From assembly GCA_963761335.1 (NCBI GenBank), contig CAVXGR010000005.1, forward strand, positions 384,001-448,000: 64,000 nucleotides of DNA, written 5' to 3'. Both the position numbers and the translations under genes were made by a program. A model generated the notes under the pieces. That model saw nothing but the letters and a program-made list of their open reading frames with translations, made no database searches and was not told where the DNA came from. This document shows, in pieces, positions 28,548 to 38,163 of the stretch (positions are counted from its first letter, which is position 1; each line of letters starts with the position of its first letter). This stretch comes from an uncultured delta proteobacterium. Its GTDB lineage: Bacteria > Desulfobacterota > Binatia > HRBIN30 > BPIQ01.

Positions 28548-29020
28548 GTAGAAGCGCCGTCCCGGCGCTTCCGAAGCGGCGAGACGCCGCTTCTACCTGG
28601 CCCGGGTGCCGGCGGGGTCGTTGTTGCCCAGGTAGAAGCGGCGTCGCGGCGCTTTCCGAAGCGGCAAGACGCCGCTTCTACCCGGCCCGGGTGCCGGCGG
28701 GATCGTCGTTGCCCCGGTAGAAGCGCCGACCCGGCGCTTCCGAAGCGGCGAGACGCCGCTTCTACTTGGCCCGGGTGCCGGCAGGGTCGTTGTCGCCCAG
28801 GTAGAAGCGCCGTCGCGGCGCTTCCCGAAGCGGCGAGACGCCGCTTCTACGCGGCCCGGGTGCCGGCAGGGTCGTTGTTGCCCAGGTAGAAGCGCCGTCG
28901 CGGCGCTTTCCGAAGCGGCGAGACGCCGCTTCTACCTGGCCCGGGTGCCGGCGGGATCGTTGTTGCCCAGGTAGAAGCGCCGTCGCGGCGCTTCCCGAAG
29001 CGGCGAGACGCCGCTTCTAC
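28548..29020. repeat. Tandem array of six GTAG-REP doublets (BIME/REPIN-like), period 84-85 bp
   Basis: Units start at 28548, 28632, 28717, 28801, 28886 and 28971; consensus GTAGAAGCGCCGTCGCGGCGCTTCCCGAAGCGGCGAGACGCCGCTTCTAC with near-identical ~35 bp linkers. Confidence 0.92.
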
Positions 29021-29043
29021 CTGGCCCGCGGGCCGATATCGAG

Positions 29044-29568
29044 CTACTTCTCGTCCTTCGGCGGGCAGGGCTTGAAGTGCTCCGGCAGCATGTAGAGAGC
29101 GTAATAGGGCTGCGGCGCGTCCTTCTTCAAATGTCGCTTGCCGAGGTCGAGAGAGATCGGTTGATCGGATTTGCGTTCCTCGGTCGCCCCCATGACCATG
29201 CGGAAGTAGCCGGTCGCCGCGCTGCGCGTCTTCACCGTCCAGCCGTTGGGCAGGTACATCTGGATCAGTTGATCCTTCACCGGCTCGCCCTTCTCGTCCA
29301 CGAGAGTACCGGTGATCACCACGTCGTAGGGATGCGGGATGAACGTTCCCCAATTGGCATCGATCAGGCACTGTCCACAGCGATCCTTACCGATCTTGCT
29401 CGCATCGCTGCCGCCGAAGGTCGTGCCCGGCTGCGGGCAGTCGACGATGACCGCATACGTATGGCCGGAGTCGTCCTTCAACCGCATGCCGTCAGTGATC
29501 GTGATCGCAGCTCCCGCTGCGGTCGTGGTCAGGACGTAAACGGCGAGCACTGCCATCCACCAACGCAT
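29044..29568 (-). CDS. Hypothetical exported protein
   Basis: Signal peptide MRWWMAVLAVYVLTTTAAGA; GAAGGAGG ribosome-binding site. Confidence 0.7.
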   Translation of the reverse strand: MRWWMAVLAVYVLTTTAAGAAITITDGMRLKDDSGHTYAVIVDCPQPGTTFGGSDASKIGKDRCGQCLIDANWGTFIPHPYDVVITGTLVDEKGEPVKDQLIQMYLPNGWTVKTRSAATGYFRMVMGATEERKSDQPISLDLGKRHLKKDAPQPYYALYMLPEHFKPCPPKDEK

Positions 29569-29677
29569 CAAACAACCCTCCTTCTCCCGCGGGCCTTGCC
29601 CGCGGATCAGCCTCGAGATCAAAGCTGGACTCCTATACTGCATCGGCGCCCGAGGCAACGCCGAACGGCGGCGGCCG

Positions 29678-30094
29678 TCAGGAGAAGAGCCGGCGGTACT
29701 CGATCGCCGGGCAGCGGTCCATCACCACCGTCAGCCCGGCGGCGCGGGCTCGGTTGGCGGCGGCCTCGTCGATGACCCCCAGCTGCATCCACACCGCCGA
29801 GACGCCCCTCAAGATCGCCTCGTCGACGATGGCGGCGACGTACTCGGGGCGCCGGAAGATGTCGACCATGTCGATCGGCTCGGGCACGTCGCGCAGCGAC
29901 GGATAGCAGCGCTGGCCGAGGATCTCGCTCTCGCGGGGATTCACCGGCACGACGCGGTGGCCCCTGTGCATCAGCAGGGCGGCGATGTGATTGCTGTCGC
30001 GGGACGGATCCGCGGAGCAGCCGACGACGGCGATGGTGAGTGACCGCGAGAGGAGGGCGCGGATCTCGTCGTCGCCTGGATTCTGAAAGGCCAT
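29678..30094 (-). CDS. CoA-binding protein (YccU-like)
   Basis: IAVVGCS, PVNP, DMVDIFR, VWMQLG, VVMDRC. Confidence 0.92.
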   Translation of the reverse strand: MAFQNPGDDEIRALLSRSLTIAVVGCSADPSRDSNHIAALLMHRGHRVVPVNPRESEILGQRCYPSLRDVPEPIDMVDIFRRPEYVAAIVDEAILRGVSAVWMQLGVIDEAAANRARAAGLTVVMDRCPAIEYRRLFS

Positions 30095-30127
30095 CGCCGC
30101 CGAGCCTAGCAGCGGCGGGGACCGCTG

Positions 30128-31456
30128 TCAGGAGGGGCGGTGCAGCGCCGCAGCGATCGCCGCAGCCAGGCGCCGGCGGGCAGGGGCATCGAGGCCGGGG
30201 ATGTCGGCGCCGGAAAGGCTCGCCTCGATATCGGAACCGAGCTGCGCCGCGCCGGCGAGCGGGCGTGCCGCCGCCAGCTCGGCGACCAGGCGACCGCTGA
30301 GCTCGGCGACCACGCGGCGCAGCGACTCGAGGTCGGCGGCGGTCGCCACCGGCGGCGCGGCGCGCTGGATCTGCTTGGCGTCCTCGATCATTTCGGCGAA
30401 GAGGTCGGCGACGGCGCGCGGATCCAAGCCGGCGGCGCGCGCGGCGGTGCGGGTGTGCTCGAGCACGCGATTTTCCTGGGCGCGGTCCTCGATCGGCAGC
30501 TGGTGCAGGCGCTTGGCCGCGGCGATCCACGGCATCAGCCCGAGGCGCTGCTCGATGAGCGACACCAGCGCCTCGACGCGCCGTTGCGCCGGAGACAGGT
30601 CGCCGGTCGTCCCCAGGTGCAGCCGCCGCAGGCCATCGAGCCAGCCGTCCTCCTCGCGCGCCGCGAGCCAGCGATCGACGGCGTCGCGCAGCTGGCTGTC
30701 GCCGCGGCGCACCAGAATCGCCTTGCGAGCGCGCCCCAGCTCCGCGAGTGTCATCAGGCCTCCGGCAGCGAGGAAGTGCGGCGCCTCCATCGAGTCGGAG
30801 ACCACCGCGTCGACCTCGCCGCGCCGCAGCCGCAGGCCGAGCGAGGTGTTGTCGTCGATCGGGACGATCTGTGCGCGCCGAAAGGCGGCGCGGACGACGC
30901 TCTCCAGATAGCCGCCGCGGTTGACGCCGAGGCGCGCGCCGGCAGTGTCGAGATCGCGGCCGGCGGCGAAGCGGAGCCGATCGGTGGCGCGGATCAGGAT
31001 CAAGGTCCGGCTGACCGCGTAGGGGCGGCTGAACGAGCCGACGAGAAGGCGGTCCGGTCGAATGGTGATGCCGCTTGCGGCCAGCTCGAAGCTCCCGCCG
31101 GCAAGATCCGAGCGCAGATTCGGCCAGCGAAAGAGAACCAGATCCACGGGACGTCCGAGGTCTTGCCCCAGACGGCGGAGCAGATCGATGTCGAAGCCCT
31201 GCAGCTCACCGCCGGCGGCGGCGCTCGAGAACGGCGGGTAGTCGCCGCTCGTCCCGGCGCAAAGAGGTGATGCGGCCGCGCCGGCCGCGCTCCCGGGGAG
31301 CACGGTGCCGCTGCCTGCGGCCGGGGTTTTGTTCGCCGTATCCAGCGGCGGTGCCGGCGAGGCCGGCGCCGCAGTGAGCCCCGGCGCTGCGGAACAGAGG
31401 AGCGCCAGAAGTCCCAGGAAAGCGCCGCAGGCGGTGCGGCGCAGTCCCGCGGCCAT
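30128..31456 (-). CDS. Exported cyclohexadienyl-dehydratase-like SBP domain fused to AroQ chorismate mutase
   Basis: Signal peptide; GTSGDYPPFS, GFDIDL, GVNRGG; C-terminal RLGLMPWIAAAK...PIEDRAQE...AKQIQ. Confidence 0.72.
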   Translation of the reverse strand: MAAGLRRTACGAFLGLLALLCSAAPGLTAAPASPAPPLDTANKTPAAGSGTVLPGSAAGAAASPLCAGTSGDYPPFSSAAAGGELQGFDIDLLRRLGQDLGRPVDLVLFRWPNLRSDLAGGSFELAASGITIRPDRLLVGSFSRPYAVSRTLILIRATDRLRFAAGRDLDTAGARLGVNRGGYLESVVRAAFRRAQIVPIDDNTSLGLRLRRGEVDAVVSDSMEAPHFLAAGGLMTLAELGRARKAILVRRGDSQLRDAVDRWLAAREEDGWLDGLRRLHLGTTGDLSPAQRRVEALVSLIEQRLGLMPWIAAAKRLHQLPIEDRAQENRVLEHTRTAARAAGLDPRAVADLFAEMIEDAKQIQRAAPPVATAADLESLRRVVAELSGRLVAELAAARPLAGAAQLGSDIEASLSGADIPGLDAPARRRLAAAIAAALHRPS

Positions 31457-31553
31457 CCCTTTCGCTCGCTGCTGGCGGTCTCTTGGCTCGGCGGCGCGGC
31501 CCATGGAAAGGCCCCTTGACACGGGGCGGGGGCGCCAGGCAAGACCGAGGCGA

Positions 31554-32111
31554 ATGGCCTACCTGACACAGAAGGAATTCCACGAGCTGGTGCAGATGAT
31601 GGCGGCGGAGATGGGCCTGCAGCGGCTGCGCGACAAGCTCGTGCGCTTCAATGCTCTCGTCGGTCGCCGCGGCGTCAGCTCGGCCGACGTTCTCGCGAAC
31701 CAGCTCTACATGCTGACCTCCGGACTCCGCAAGCAGGTGCCGGCGAGCATTGCCGTGCACGGCGTGTGGGGCGAGATGCTCGGCGCCAAGCTCGGCGAGG
31801 ACAGCGAGAAGAGCTTCGAGGAGCTCGCCAAGGACGTCAACGCCTGCCTCGACGACTCGGAGAAGATCCTTCCCGACAAGAGCGCGGATCTCGAAGAGGC
31901 TCTCGGAGCCTACGCCCAGGCACTGTCGGCGAAGGTCGGGCGCGAGGCGGCATACTTGGACATGCTGCTGAAAGCCGTGCCGCCGGTTGCCGAGATGCTG
32001 CGCGCCAAGGGTCTGCCGGAGGCGCCCGCGAAGGAGGGCACGGCCGAAGGGCCCGCCGCCGAGAGCGTCAGCGGAGCCGGCGAAGGTACGTCCGGCGACA
32101 GCGAGCAGTAA
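31554..32111 (+). CDS. Hypothetical protein
   Basis: GAGG ribosome-binding site; GC-rich third-position codon pattern; helical protein-like composition. Confidence 0.7.
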   Translation: MAYLTQKEFHELVQMMAAEMGLQRLRDKLVRFNALVGRRGVSSADVLANQLYMLTSGLRKQVPASIAVHGVWGEMLGAKLGEDSEKSFEELAKDVNACLDDSEKILPDKSADLEEALGAYAQALSAKVGREAAYLDMLLKAVPPVAEMLRAKGLPEAPAKEGTAEGPAAESVSGAGEGTSGDSEQ

Positions 32112-32129
32112 CCACGGCGGCTGATCCCC

Positions 32130-32855
32130 ATGGGATTGCTGAACGATGCCAGCTCCTTCGCGGCCAGCGCCGTCCGCCTCGGCCGCGGCCTCTCGCCGCG
32201 CCTCACCGCCGCCCAGCGGCAGGGTCCGGAGCAGACGCTCGAGCTCTATGACTTCGAAGGTTGCCCCTTTTGCCGCAAGGTGCGCGAGGTCCTCTGCGAG
32301 CTCGATCTCGACTACCTCGCTCATCCGGTGGCCCACGGCAGCGCGCGGCGCGAGGAGCTGCTCGAAGAGGGCGGGAAGATGCAGGTGCCGTATCTCATCG
32401 ATCCCAACACCGGCACGCGGCTCTACGAGTCCGAGGACATCATCGTCTATCTGAACGAAACCTACGGCGGGGGGCGCCGCGCCGGCTGGACCCTTCCCGT
32501 CCCCGGAATGGTCGACAACCTCGGCTCAATGCTGGCCAGCGGCGCGCGCCTCTGGCGTGGCAGCCGCTGCGTGGCCCCCAAGCGCGGCGCCTCGCTCGAG
32601 CCGCTGATCCTCTACAACATGGAGGGCTCGCCCTACTGCCGCAAGGTGCGCGAGGCGCTCAGCGCCTTCGACCTCGAGCATCTGGTCCGCAATCTGCCCA
32701 AGGGAAGCCCCAAGCGCGCCGAGCTGGCGCGTCGCGGCGGCAAGGTGCAGGTGCCGTTCCTGGTCGACCCCAACACCGGGACGGAGATGTACGAGTCGGA
32801 CGACATCGTCGCCTATCTCGGCCGCCAGTACGGGAAGAGCAAGTTGACGAGCTGA
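32130..32855 (+). CDS. Tandem glutathione S-transferase N-terminal (glutaredoxin-like) domain protein
   Basis: Two repeats of EG(C/S)P(F/Y)CRKVRE...GGKxQVP(Y/F)LxDPNTG...YESxDI. Confidence 0.85.
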   Translation: MGLLNDASSFAASAVRLGRGLSPRLTAAQRQGPEQTLELYDFEGCPFCRKVREVLCELDLDYLAHPVAHGSARREELLEEGGKMQVPYLIDPNTGTRLYESEDIIVYLNETYGGGRRAGWTLPVPGMVDNLGSMLASGARLWRGSRCVAPKRGASLEPLILYNMEGSPYCRKVREALSAFDLEHLVRNLPKGSPKRAELARRGGKVQVPFLVDPNTGTEMYESDDIVAYLGRQYGKSKLTS

Positions 32856-32859
32856 CGCG

Positions 32860-32950
32860 AGGTCAAGAGTTGAAGAGTTCACGAGTCTACGGGTTCACGG
32901 GTTGGCGAGTTGGAAAGCGACAACCCGCAAACCCGATAACCCGACAACCT
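32860..32950. repeat. 8-mer periodic inverted repeat between convergent genes
   Basis: GAGTT/GGGTT units every 8 nt, then AACCCG units every 8 nt. Confidence 0.75.
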
Positions 32951-32954
32951 TCTT

Positions 32955-33734
32955 TCAGTGCGTGAACTCGCGCTTCTTGAGCTCGCGCACGTAGGATGAC
33001 AGCTTCGGGTCGTTGGCGACGGCGTCGTTCACCTTGATCTCGAACTCCGCCGCCGCCTGCTCGAGCTCGGAGAGGTCGAATGGCGTCCCGAGAATCGCCG
33101 ACAGTCGCATGAGCAGGGCGAGGGCGCCGCGCGGATTCGGCGAGGCGGCGATGTAGTGGGGCAGGGCGGCCCACAGACTGAGCGTCGGGAGCTGTTGCTC
33201 GCGGCAGGCGGCGCTGAGCACGCCGACGATTCCCGTCGGCCCCTCGTAGCGAGTGGGTGTCAGACCGAGACGCGCGATGATCTCGGGGTTGCTGGCGAAG
33301 CCGCTCACCTGCACCGGCCGCGAGTAGAGGACCTCGGCGAGGAAGCCCCCGAGGGTGATGATCATCTCGGCGCCGCATTCACGGGCGAGCTGCACCACGG
33401 CGGAGCTGAAGGTCCGCCAGCGCATGTGCGGCTCCGGACCGAGACCGAGAATCAGATCGCGTTCCGCTCCGGGCAGCACGGCGGCGGAGAAATCGTTCGA
33501 GATCCAGATGATCTCGCGCGTCAGCCCCTCGGCCATGCGCACTTGCGGCCGCTGCACGGTGAAATCGTAGAAGTCCTCGGGATCGATGCTGGCGAACTTC
33601 TCGGCGCCGAACTGCCGGGCCAGATAGCGCACCACCGTCGACGCTGCCTCGCCGGCGTCGTTCCACCCGGCAAAAGACATGACCACAACCGGGCGGCGCA
33701 AGGTCGGCCGGCGATCGAAACGAATCAGCTCCAC
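32955..33734 (-). CDS. PAC2-family protein
   Basis: FAGWNDAGEAAS, FYDFTVQRP, GPEPHMRW, YEGPTGIVG, WAALPHY. Confidence 0.88.
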   Translation of the reverse strand: MELIRFDRRPTLRRPVVVMSFAGWNDAGEAASTVVRYLARQFGAEKFASIDPEDFYDFTVQRPQVRMAEGLTREIIWISNDFSAAVLPGAERDLILGLGPEPHMRWRTFSSAVVQLARECGAEMIITLGGFLAEVLYSRPVQVSGFASNPEIIARLGLTPTRYEGPTGIVGVLSAACREQQLPTLSLWAALPHYIAASPNPRGALALLMRLSAILGTPFDLSELEQAAAEFEIKVNDAVANDPKLSSYVRELKKREFTH

Positions 33735-33780
33735 GGGCCGTAGTTTCGCAGCGCCCGGGGGAGAAAGGCAAGCCTTACGG

Positions 33781-33972
33781 CTGGTTTCTCAGTGGCTCGG
33801 TGGCTCGGTGGTCGGGTTGTCGAGTTTGCGGGTTGTTCAGTTTGAATGCCGAACCCGACAACTCGCCAACCCGACAACCTGCGAACCCGGCAACCCCGCC
33901 GCGGCATCAACCGAGAAACCGAGCCGCTGGGAAACCGAGCCGCTGGGCCACCGAGCCACCCAGATACCGAGC
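33781..33972. repeat. Nested 8-mer periodic inverted repeat
   Basis: GGTGGCTC and CGGGTTGT-type units mirrored by AACCCGAC and ACCGAGCC-type units. Confidence 0.78.
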
Positions 33973-35393
33973 TATGCGGCGGCGCGGCGCTTGCGCATCG
34001 TCGAGAGGAACTGTCCCGCCTCGCTGAGCATGCGCTTGCGCTCGTCGGAGCTGCGCACCATCTTCTTCACCGCCTTGAAGACGTAGGTCGGGCGGAAATA
34101 GTACTTGCGGTAGAAGCGCTCCACGGCGGCATAAATCTCCTCGCCGGAGATGTCGGGGTAGCTCACCGTGCACTTCTGGTAGCCGGCCTCGTCGTTGTAG
34201 ACGTCCTGCACGAGGAAGCCGTTGTCCTGCACGTACTTGTAAAAGTGCGTGCCGGGGTAGGGCGAGGCCAGGGAAACCTGGATGGTCTCCGGGTTCATCT
34301 CGCGGGCGAAGCGGATCGACTCCTCGATGGTGTCGCGCGTCTCCCCGGGGAGGCCGACGATGAAGGTGCCGTGAATGAGGATGCCGAGGTCGTGGCAGTC
34401 GCGGGTGAAGCGCCGCGCCCTCTCCGTGCTGACGCCCTTGCGAATGTTCTTGAGGATCTGGTCGTTTCCCGACTCGTAGCCGACGACGAAGAGGCGGAGA
34501 CCGCCCTCCTTGAGGACCCGCAGCGTCTCGCGGTCGACGTTGGCGCGCGAGTTCGTCGACCAGCAGAGGCCCAGCGGCTTGAGCAGCTCGGCGATCTTCC
34601 GCGCCCGCGGCGGGTCGGCGGTGAAGGTGTCGTCGTCGAAGAAGATCTCCTTCATCTGCGGGAAGCGCCGCTTCATCTCCTGCACTTCCTCGAGCACGTT
34701 CTCCGGGCTGCGCACGCGATAGGAATGGCCGGTGGTCACCTGCGGCCAGAGACAGAAGGTGCAGCGCGCCGGGCAACCGCGCCCGGTGTACAGCGACACG
34801 TACGGGTACTGGCAGTACGGGCTGTTGTACTTCAGATAGTCGAGATCGCGCTCGTAGATGTCGGTGACGAAGGGGAGCCGGTCGAGCTCCTCGCTTCCCA
34901 TCGGCGGCTGCTCGGGGTTGTGGCGAATCTGCCCGTCGACGCGGTAGCTGATGTTGGCAATCTCTCCCCACGGGCGGCCCTGGGCGACGTCGCGCGTGGC
35001 GTAGTCGAACTCCTTGCGCACCACCAGGTCGATGGCGTTCGAGGCTTGCAGCGCCTCCGCCGGCTCCGCGGTGACGTGGCCGCCGACGAAGGCGATCGTG
35101 GAGTCGGGGTTCTCCGCCTTGATCATCTCCGCGGTGCGCACGTCGAGCCGGAACGACGGCGTGCTGGTGTGCAGCACCACGAAGTCGTACTCCTTGGCGA
35201 TGTCGACGCACTGCGCCTGGTTCAAGTGCTCCGGAGGGGCATCGAGAACACGGCTGTTCTCGACCATGCCGGCCGGGTAGCAGAGCCAGGTCGGATACCA
35301 GAAAGACCACACCTCGCGCGTCGCCTGATATCGAGACCCGGCGCCGCCGTCGAAGTCATCGTACGCAGGCGGATTGAGGAATAGCGTCTTCAT
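33972..35393 (-). CDS. hpnJ: Hopanoid biosynthesis radical SAM protein HpnJ
   Basis: KTLFLNPP..DGGAGSRYQA, SFWYPTWL, RGCPARCTFCLWPQ, IHGTFIVGLP. Confidence 0.92.
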   Translation of the reverse strand: MKTLFLNPPAYDDFDGGAGSRYQATREVWSFWYPTWLCYPAGMVENSRVLDAPPEHLNQAQCVDIAKEYDFVVLHTSTPSFRLDVRTAEMIKAENPDSTIAFVGGHVTAEPAEALQASNAIDLVVRKEFDYATRDVAQGRPWGEIANISYRVDGQIRHNPEQPPMGSEELDRLPFVTDIYERDLDYLKYNSPYCQYPYVSLYTGRGCPARCTFCLWPQVTTGHSYRVRSPENVLEEVQEMKRRFPQMKEIFFDDDTFTADPPRARKIAELLKPLGLCWSTNSRANVDRETLRVLKEGGLRLFVVGYESGNDQILKNIRKGVSTERARRFTRDCHDLGILIHGTFIVGLPGETRDTIEESIRFAREMNPETIQVSLASPYPGTHFYKYVQDNGFLVQDVYNDEAGYQKCTVSYPDISGEEIYAAVERFYRKYYFRPTYVFKAVKKMVRSSDERKRMLSEAGQFLSTMRKRRAAA

Positions 35394-35568
35394 GCCCCAC
35401 AGCTCCTTTCCACGATCCGGGTGGGCGGGCCCCCCGTTGCGCGTTTCTCCAGACCGCGCGGTCAAGGTTCTCTCTATCCGCCCTCCGGAGCGAAAGCAAG
35501 ATACATAAGGTCCATGACCGAGGTACCGGGAGACCGAGCCCCCGAGCCACCGTCCCTGTCCCTGGGGC

Positions 35569-37254
35569 TCACCGAGCCCGGTTGGTCACCAGCACCTTCT
35601 TTCCCTGGTGTGCGATGATGATTGGTTCCGGCTGCAGAGACGGTCGCAGCCGTTCGAGATCGGCGGCGTTGAGCACCAGAAACAGGCGGCGGGGACCGTG
35701 CCAGGCCTCGATCAGCTGCTCGTCCTTCGGCCAGAAGTACGCCGCCTGATCGCCGCGCTGGCGACCGAAGTCGAGCTCTCCCCACCAGAGGACGGAGACG
35801 ACCCGGCGACCGGTATAGAACGGCAGCCCCTGGACGTACTGCGCATAGGACAGCATCACGTCGTCGGGGCCGGCGGCGGCCGCGGCGACGCGCGCCAGAC
35901 GGCGATAGTTGGTGGCGACGCCGCGTCCGGAGATGGCGATCGCCAGGAAGAGCGCCGTGGTGGCGCAGAGCAGCAGCAGCGCATCGCGGAGGCGGCAGCG
36001 ATCGAGGAGCTTCATCATCCAGGCGCCACCGCCGCCGAACACGAGCGCGCCGAGCAGCAGTCGAACCGACAGCATCGGCGCCCGGTCATCAGACCAGGCG
36101 AGCGGTACCACCAGTGTGGCGATGGCGCATCCCACCGCCAGGGCCCTCAGAGCCCAGGCGGCCAGTCGAAGGCCGCGTCCCTGCCCGCGGCGCAGCTGCC
36201 CGAGCACGCCGATCGCCAGCAGCACTGCCGCCGGCGGAAACAGGGGAACGACGTAGGTGCCGAGCTTGGAGATCGAGACGCTGAAGAAGAGGAGAGTGGT
36301 CGCCGCCCAGGCGACGCACAGCGTGTAGCCGTCGCGGCGGCGGGTGTCCGCGGGCGGCCGCAGGGTGCTCGGGTCGGCGAGGGCGACGAGCGACCACGGC
36401 GCCAGGCCGGCGAGCAGCGTCGGCAGATAGTACCACCACGGCCCGGGGTGCTCGTGGCTGGTGGCGTAGCGCTGCAAGTGCTCGTGAACGAAGAAGAACC
36501 AGGGAAAGTCGGGGTTGCGCAGCGACACCAGAACGAACCACGGGACGGCGATCGCCGCCGCCAGGGCGATCCCGTCCAGGCGCAGCAGGTCCAGAACGGT
36601 GCGCCAGCGCCAGCGCGCCGCGATGAAGGCGAGCACGGCCATTCCGGGAAGAACCGCGGCGATCGGCCCCTTGATCAGGATGCCCAGAGCGACGCTGACG
36701 TACATGGCGCGATACCAGCGCGCCTGCTGCTGCGGGCGGGTGTAGGCGAACCAGAAGCAGGTGACGGCGGCGGTCACCGCCGCCGTCAGGGGCATGTCCA
36801 GGATGATGATCTGGCTGATGACGAAGAACAGCGGGCTGGTGGCGAGGATCACGGCGGCGACGCGGGCCAGCCGGCGGCCGAACATGTCGCGCGCCAGCGC
36901 ATACGTCATCCAGATGGTCGCCAGGCCACAGAAGGCCGGCAGCAGGCGCACGCCCATCTCGCTGGGCCCGAGCAGGTGCTCCGCAAGGGCGGTGAGCCAG
37001 TACAGCAGCGGCGGCTTCTCGAAGTAGGCGACGAAGTTGAGATGGGGCGTGATGAAGTCGCGCAGCTGCAGCATCTCGCGAGCGATCTCCGCATAGCGCG
37101 CCTCGTCCGGCTCGGCGAGGCCGGCGACACCGAGAAAGGCGAGGTACAGGATCACCCCGCCGCCGATCGCGGCCGGCACCGTCCAGCGCGGCAGCGGGGC
37201 GGTGCGGACCTGGGTGTCTGCTTCCGCCGCCGGAGGCTTCAGCTGCACTGACAT
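35569..37254 (-). CDS. arnT: ArnT-like GT-C (family 39/83) glycosyltransferase
   Basis: DEARYAEIAREM, YFEKPPLLYW, LIKGP, HEHLQRY. Confidence 0.85.
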   Translation of the reverse strand: MSVQLKPPAAEADTQVRTAPLPRWTVPAAIGGGVILYLAFLGVAGLAEPDEARYAEIAREMLQLRDFITPHLNFVAYFEKPPLLYWLTALAEHLLGPSEMGVRLLPAFCGLATIWMTYALARDMFGRRLARVAAVILATSPLFFVISQIIILDMPLTAAVTAAVTCFWFAYTRPQQQARWYRAMYVSVALGILIKGPIAAVLPGMAVLAFIAARWRWRTVLDLLRLDGIALAAAIAVPWFVLVSLRNPDFPWFFFVHEHLQRYATSHEHPGPWWYYLPTLLAGLAPWSLVALADPSTLRPPADTRRRDGYTLCVAWAATTLLFFSVSISKLGTYVVPLFPPAAVLLAIGVLGQLRRGQGRGLRLAAWALRALAVGCAIATLVVPLAWSDDRAPMLSVRLLLGALVFGGGGAWMMKLLDRCRLRDALLLLCATTALFLAIAISGRGVATNYRRLARVAAAAAGPDDVMLSYAQYVQGLPFYTGRRVVSVLWWGELDFGRQRGDQAAYFWPKDEQLIEAWHGPRRLFLVLNAADLERLRPSLQPEPIIIAHQGKKVLVTNRAR

Positions 37255-38126
37255 GCGACGGTTCCGGAGCGCCCGGCGATCGGCAGCGCCCGCACCTGGC
37301 AGCGAGGCAGCGCCGTGTCGAGGCGCGAGGCCTCGTCGATGAGTCGCACGTACTCGACCTCTCCGCGCAGGCGCTCGAGCAGGTCGACGAACAGGTGATG
37401 ATAGCGCATTCCTTCCATCTCCGCGTGAATGGTGTGGACATTGAGGCCGCCGTGCAGCAGCCCCGCGTAGTACGCCGAGAGCTCCGCCGCCTCGGTGCCG
37501 CAGCGCCCGTAGCACTCGTCCAGGGTGGGCAGCGTCGTCGGGATCTCGGGGGTGTGGAACTCCGCGCCGTCGATCGCCGGAAGGAAGGGCGCCGTGCCGC
37601 GCGTGTCGCTGTGGTAGCGAAAGCCGGCGGAGTCCTCGCACGCGAAGCTGTCGGCGGTGCACTGCCAGCCGGGTGCGGCGAAGGCACCGGCCGGCGTCCC
37701 GAGAATGTCGCTGAGCACGTTCTGGGCGCGTTCGATCTCGCGGCGCACCCGTTCCCTGCCGAGACCCGCAAGGCGATCCTGCCAGAAGACGTGGTCGTAG
37801 CCGTGCAGCCCGAGCTCGTGCCCCTGGTCGCGCGCTGCCCGCAGGGTTTCGGGGAAGGAGCGGGCGATCTGCGGGCCCGGCAGCAGGGTGCCGTAGAGCA
37901 TGGTTTGCCAGCCGTAGGTGGCGACGCTTCCGGTGCGCCGCATCTTGGCGAGGAACCCGGGGCGCAGCAGGCGCCGCAAGGCGCGCCCCGTGTGATCCGG
38001 CCCGCAGGAGACGAAGATGGTGGCCGGGACGCGGAAGTGCGCGAAGGTGCGCAGCAGGGCGGGGACTCCGTCGCGCAGCCCGGCGAAAGTGTCGACGTCG
38101 ACCTTGATGGCGAGCCGTGCGCTCAT
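37239..38126 (-). CDS. arnD: ArnD-like deformylase (polysaccharide deacetylase fold)
   Basis: KVDVDT, GPDHTGR, YGTLLPGP, AAPGW, PTTLPTLDE, HTIHAEMEG. Confidence 0.87.
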   Translation of the reverse strand: MSARLAIKVDVDTFAGLRDGVPALLRTFAHFRVPATIFVSCGPDHTGRALRRLLRPGFLAKMRRTGSVATYGWQTMLYGTLLPGPQIARSFPETLRAARDQGHELGLHGYDHVFWQDRLAGLGRERVRREIERAQNVLSDILGTPAGAFAAPGWQCTADSFACEDSAGFRYHSDTRGTAPFLPAIDGAEFHTPEIPTTLPTLDECYGRCGTEAAELSAYYAGLLHGGLNVHTIHAEMEGMRYHHLFVDLLERLRGEVEYVRLIDEASRLDTALPRCQVRALPIAGRSGTVACQCS

Positions 38127-38163
38127 CGCCGGCGCGCCGCTCCCGCCGTCGGGATTCTCGGCT

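Noticed and set aside
28548..29020. CRISPR array
   Set aside because: The intervening ~35-bp segments are near-identical rather than unique, the units are REP doublets, and no cas genes are present
32955..33734. Pup-proteasome system implied by the PAC2 gene
   Set aside because: No proteasome, pup, pafA or dop genes in the window
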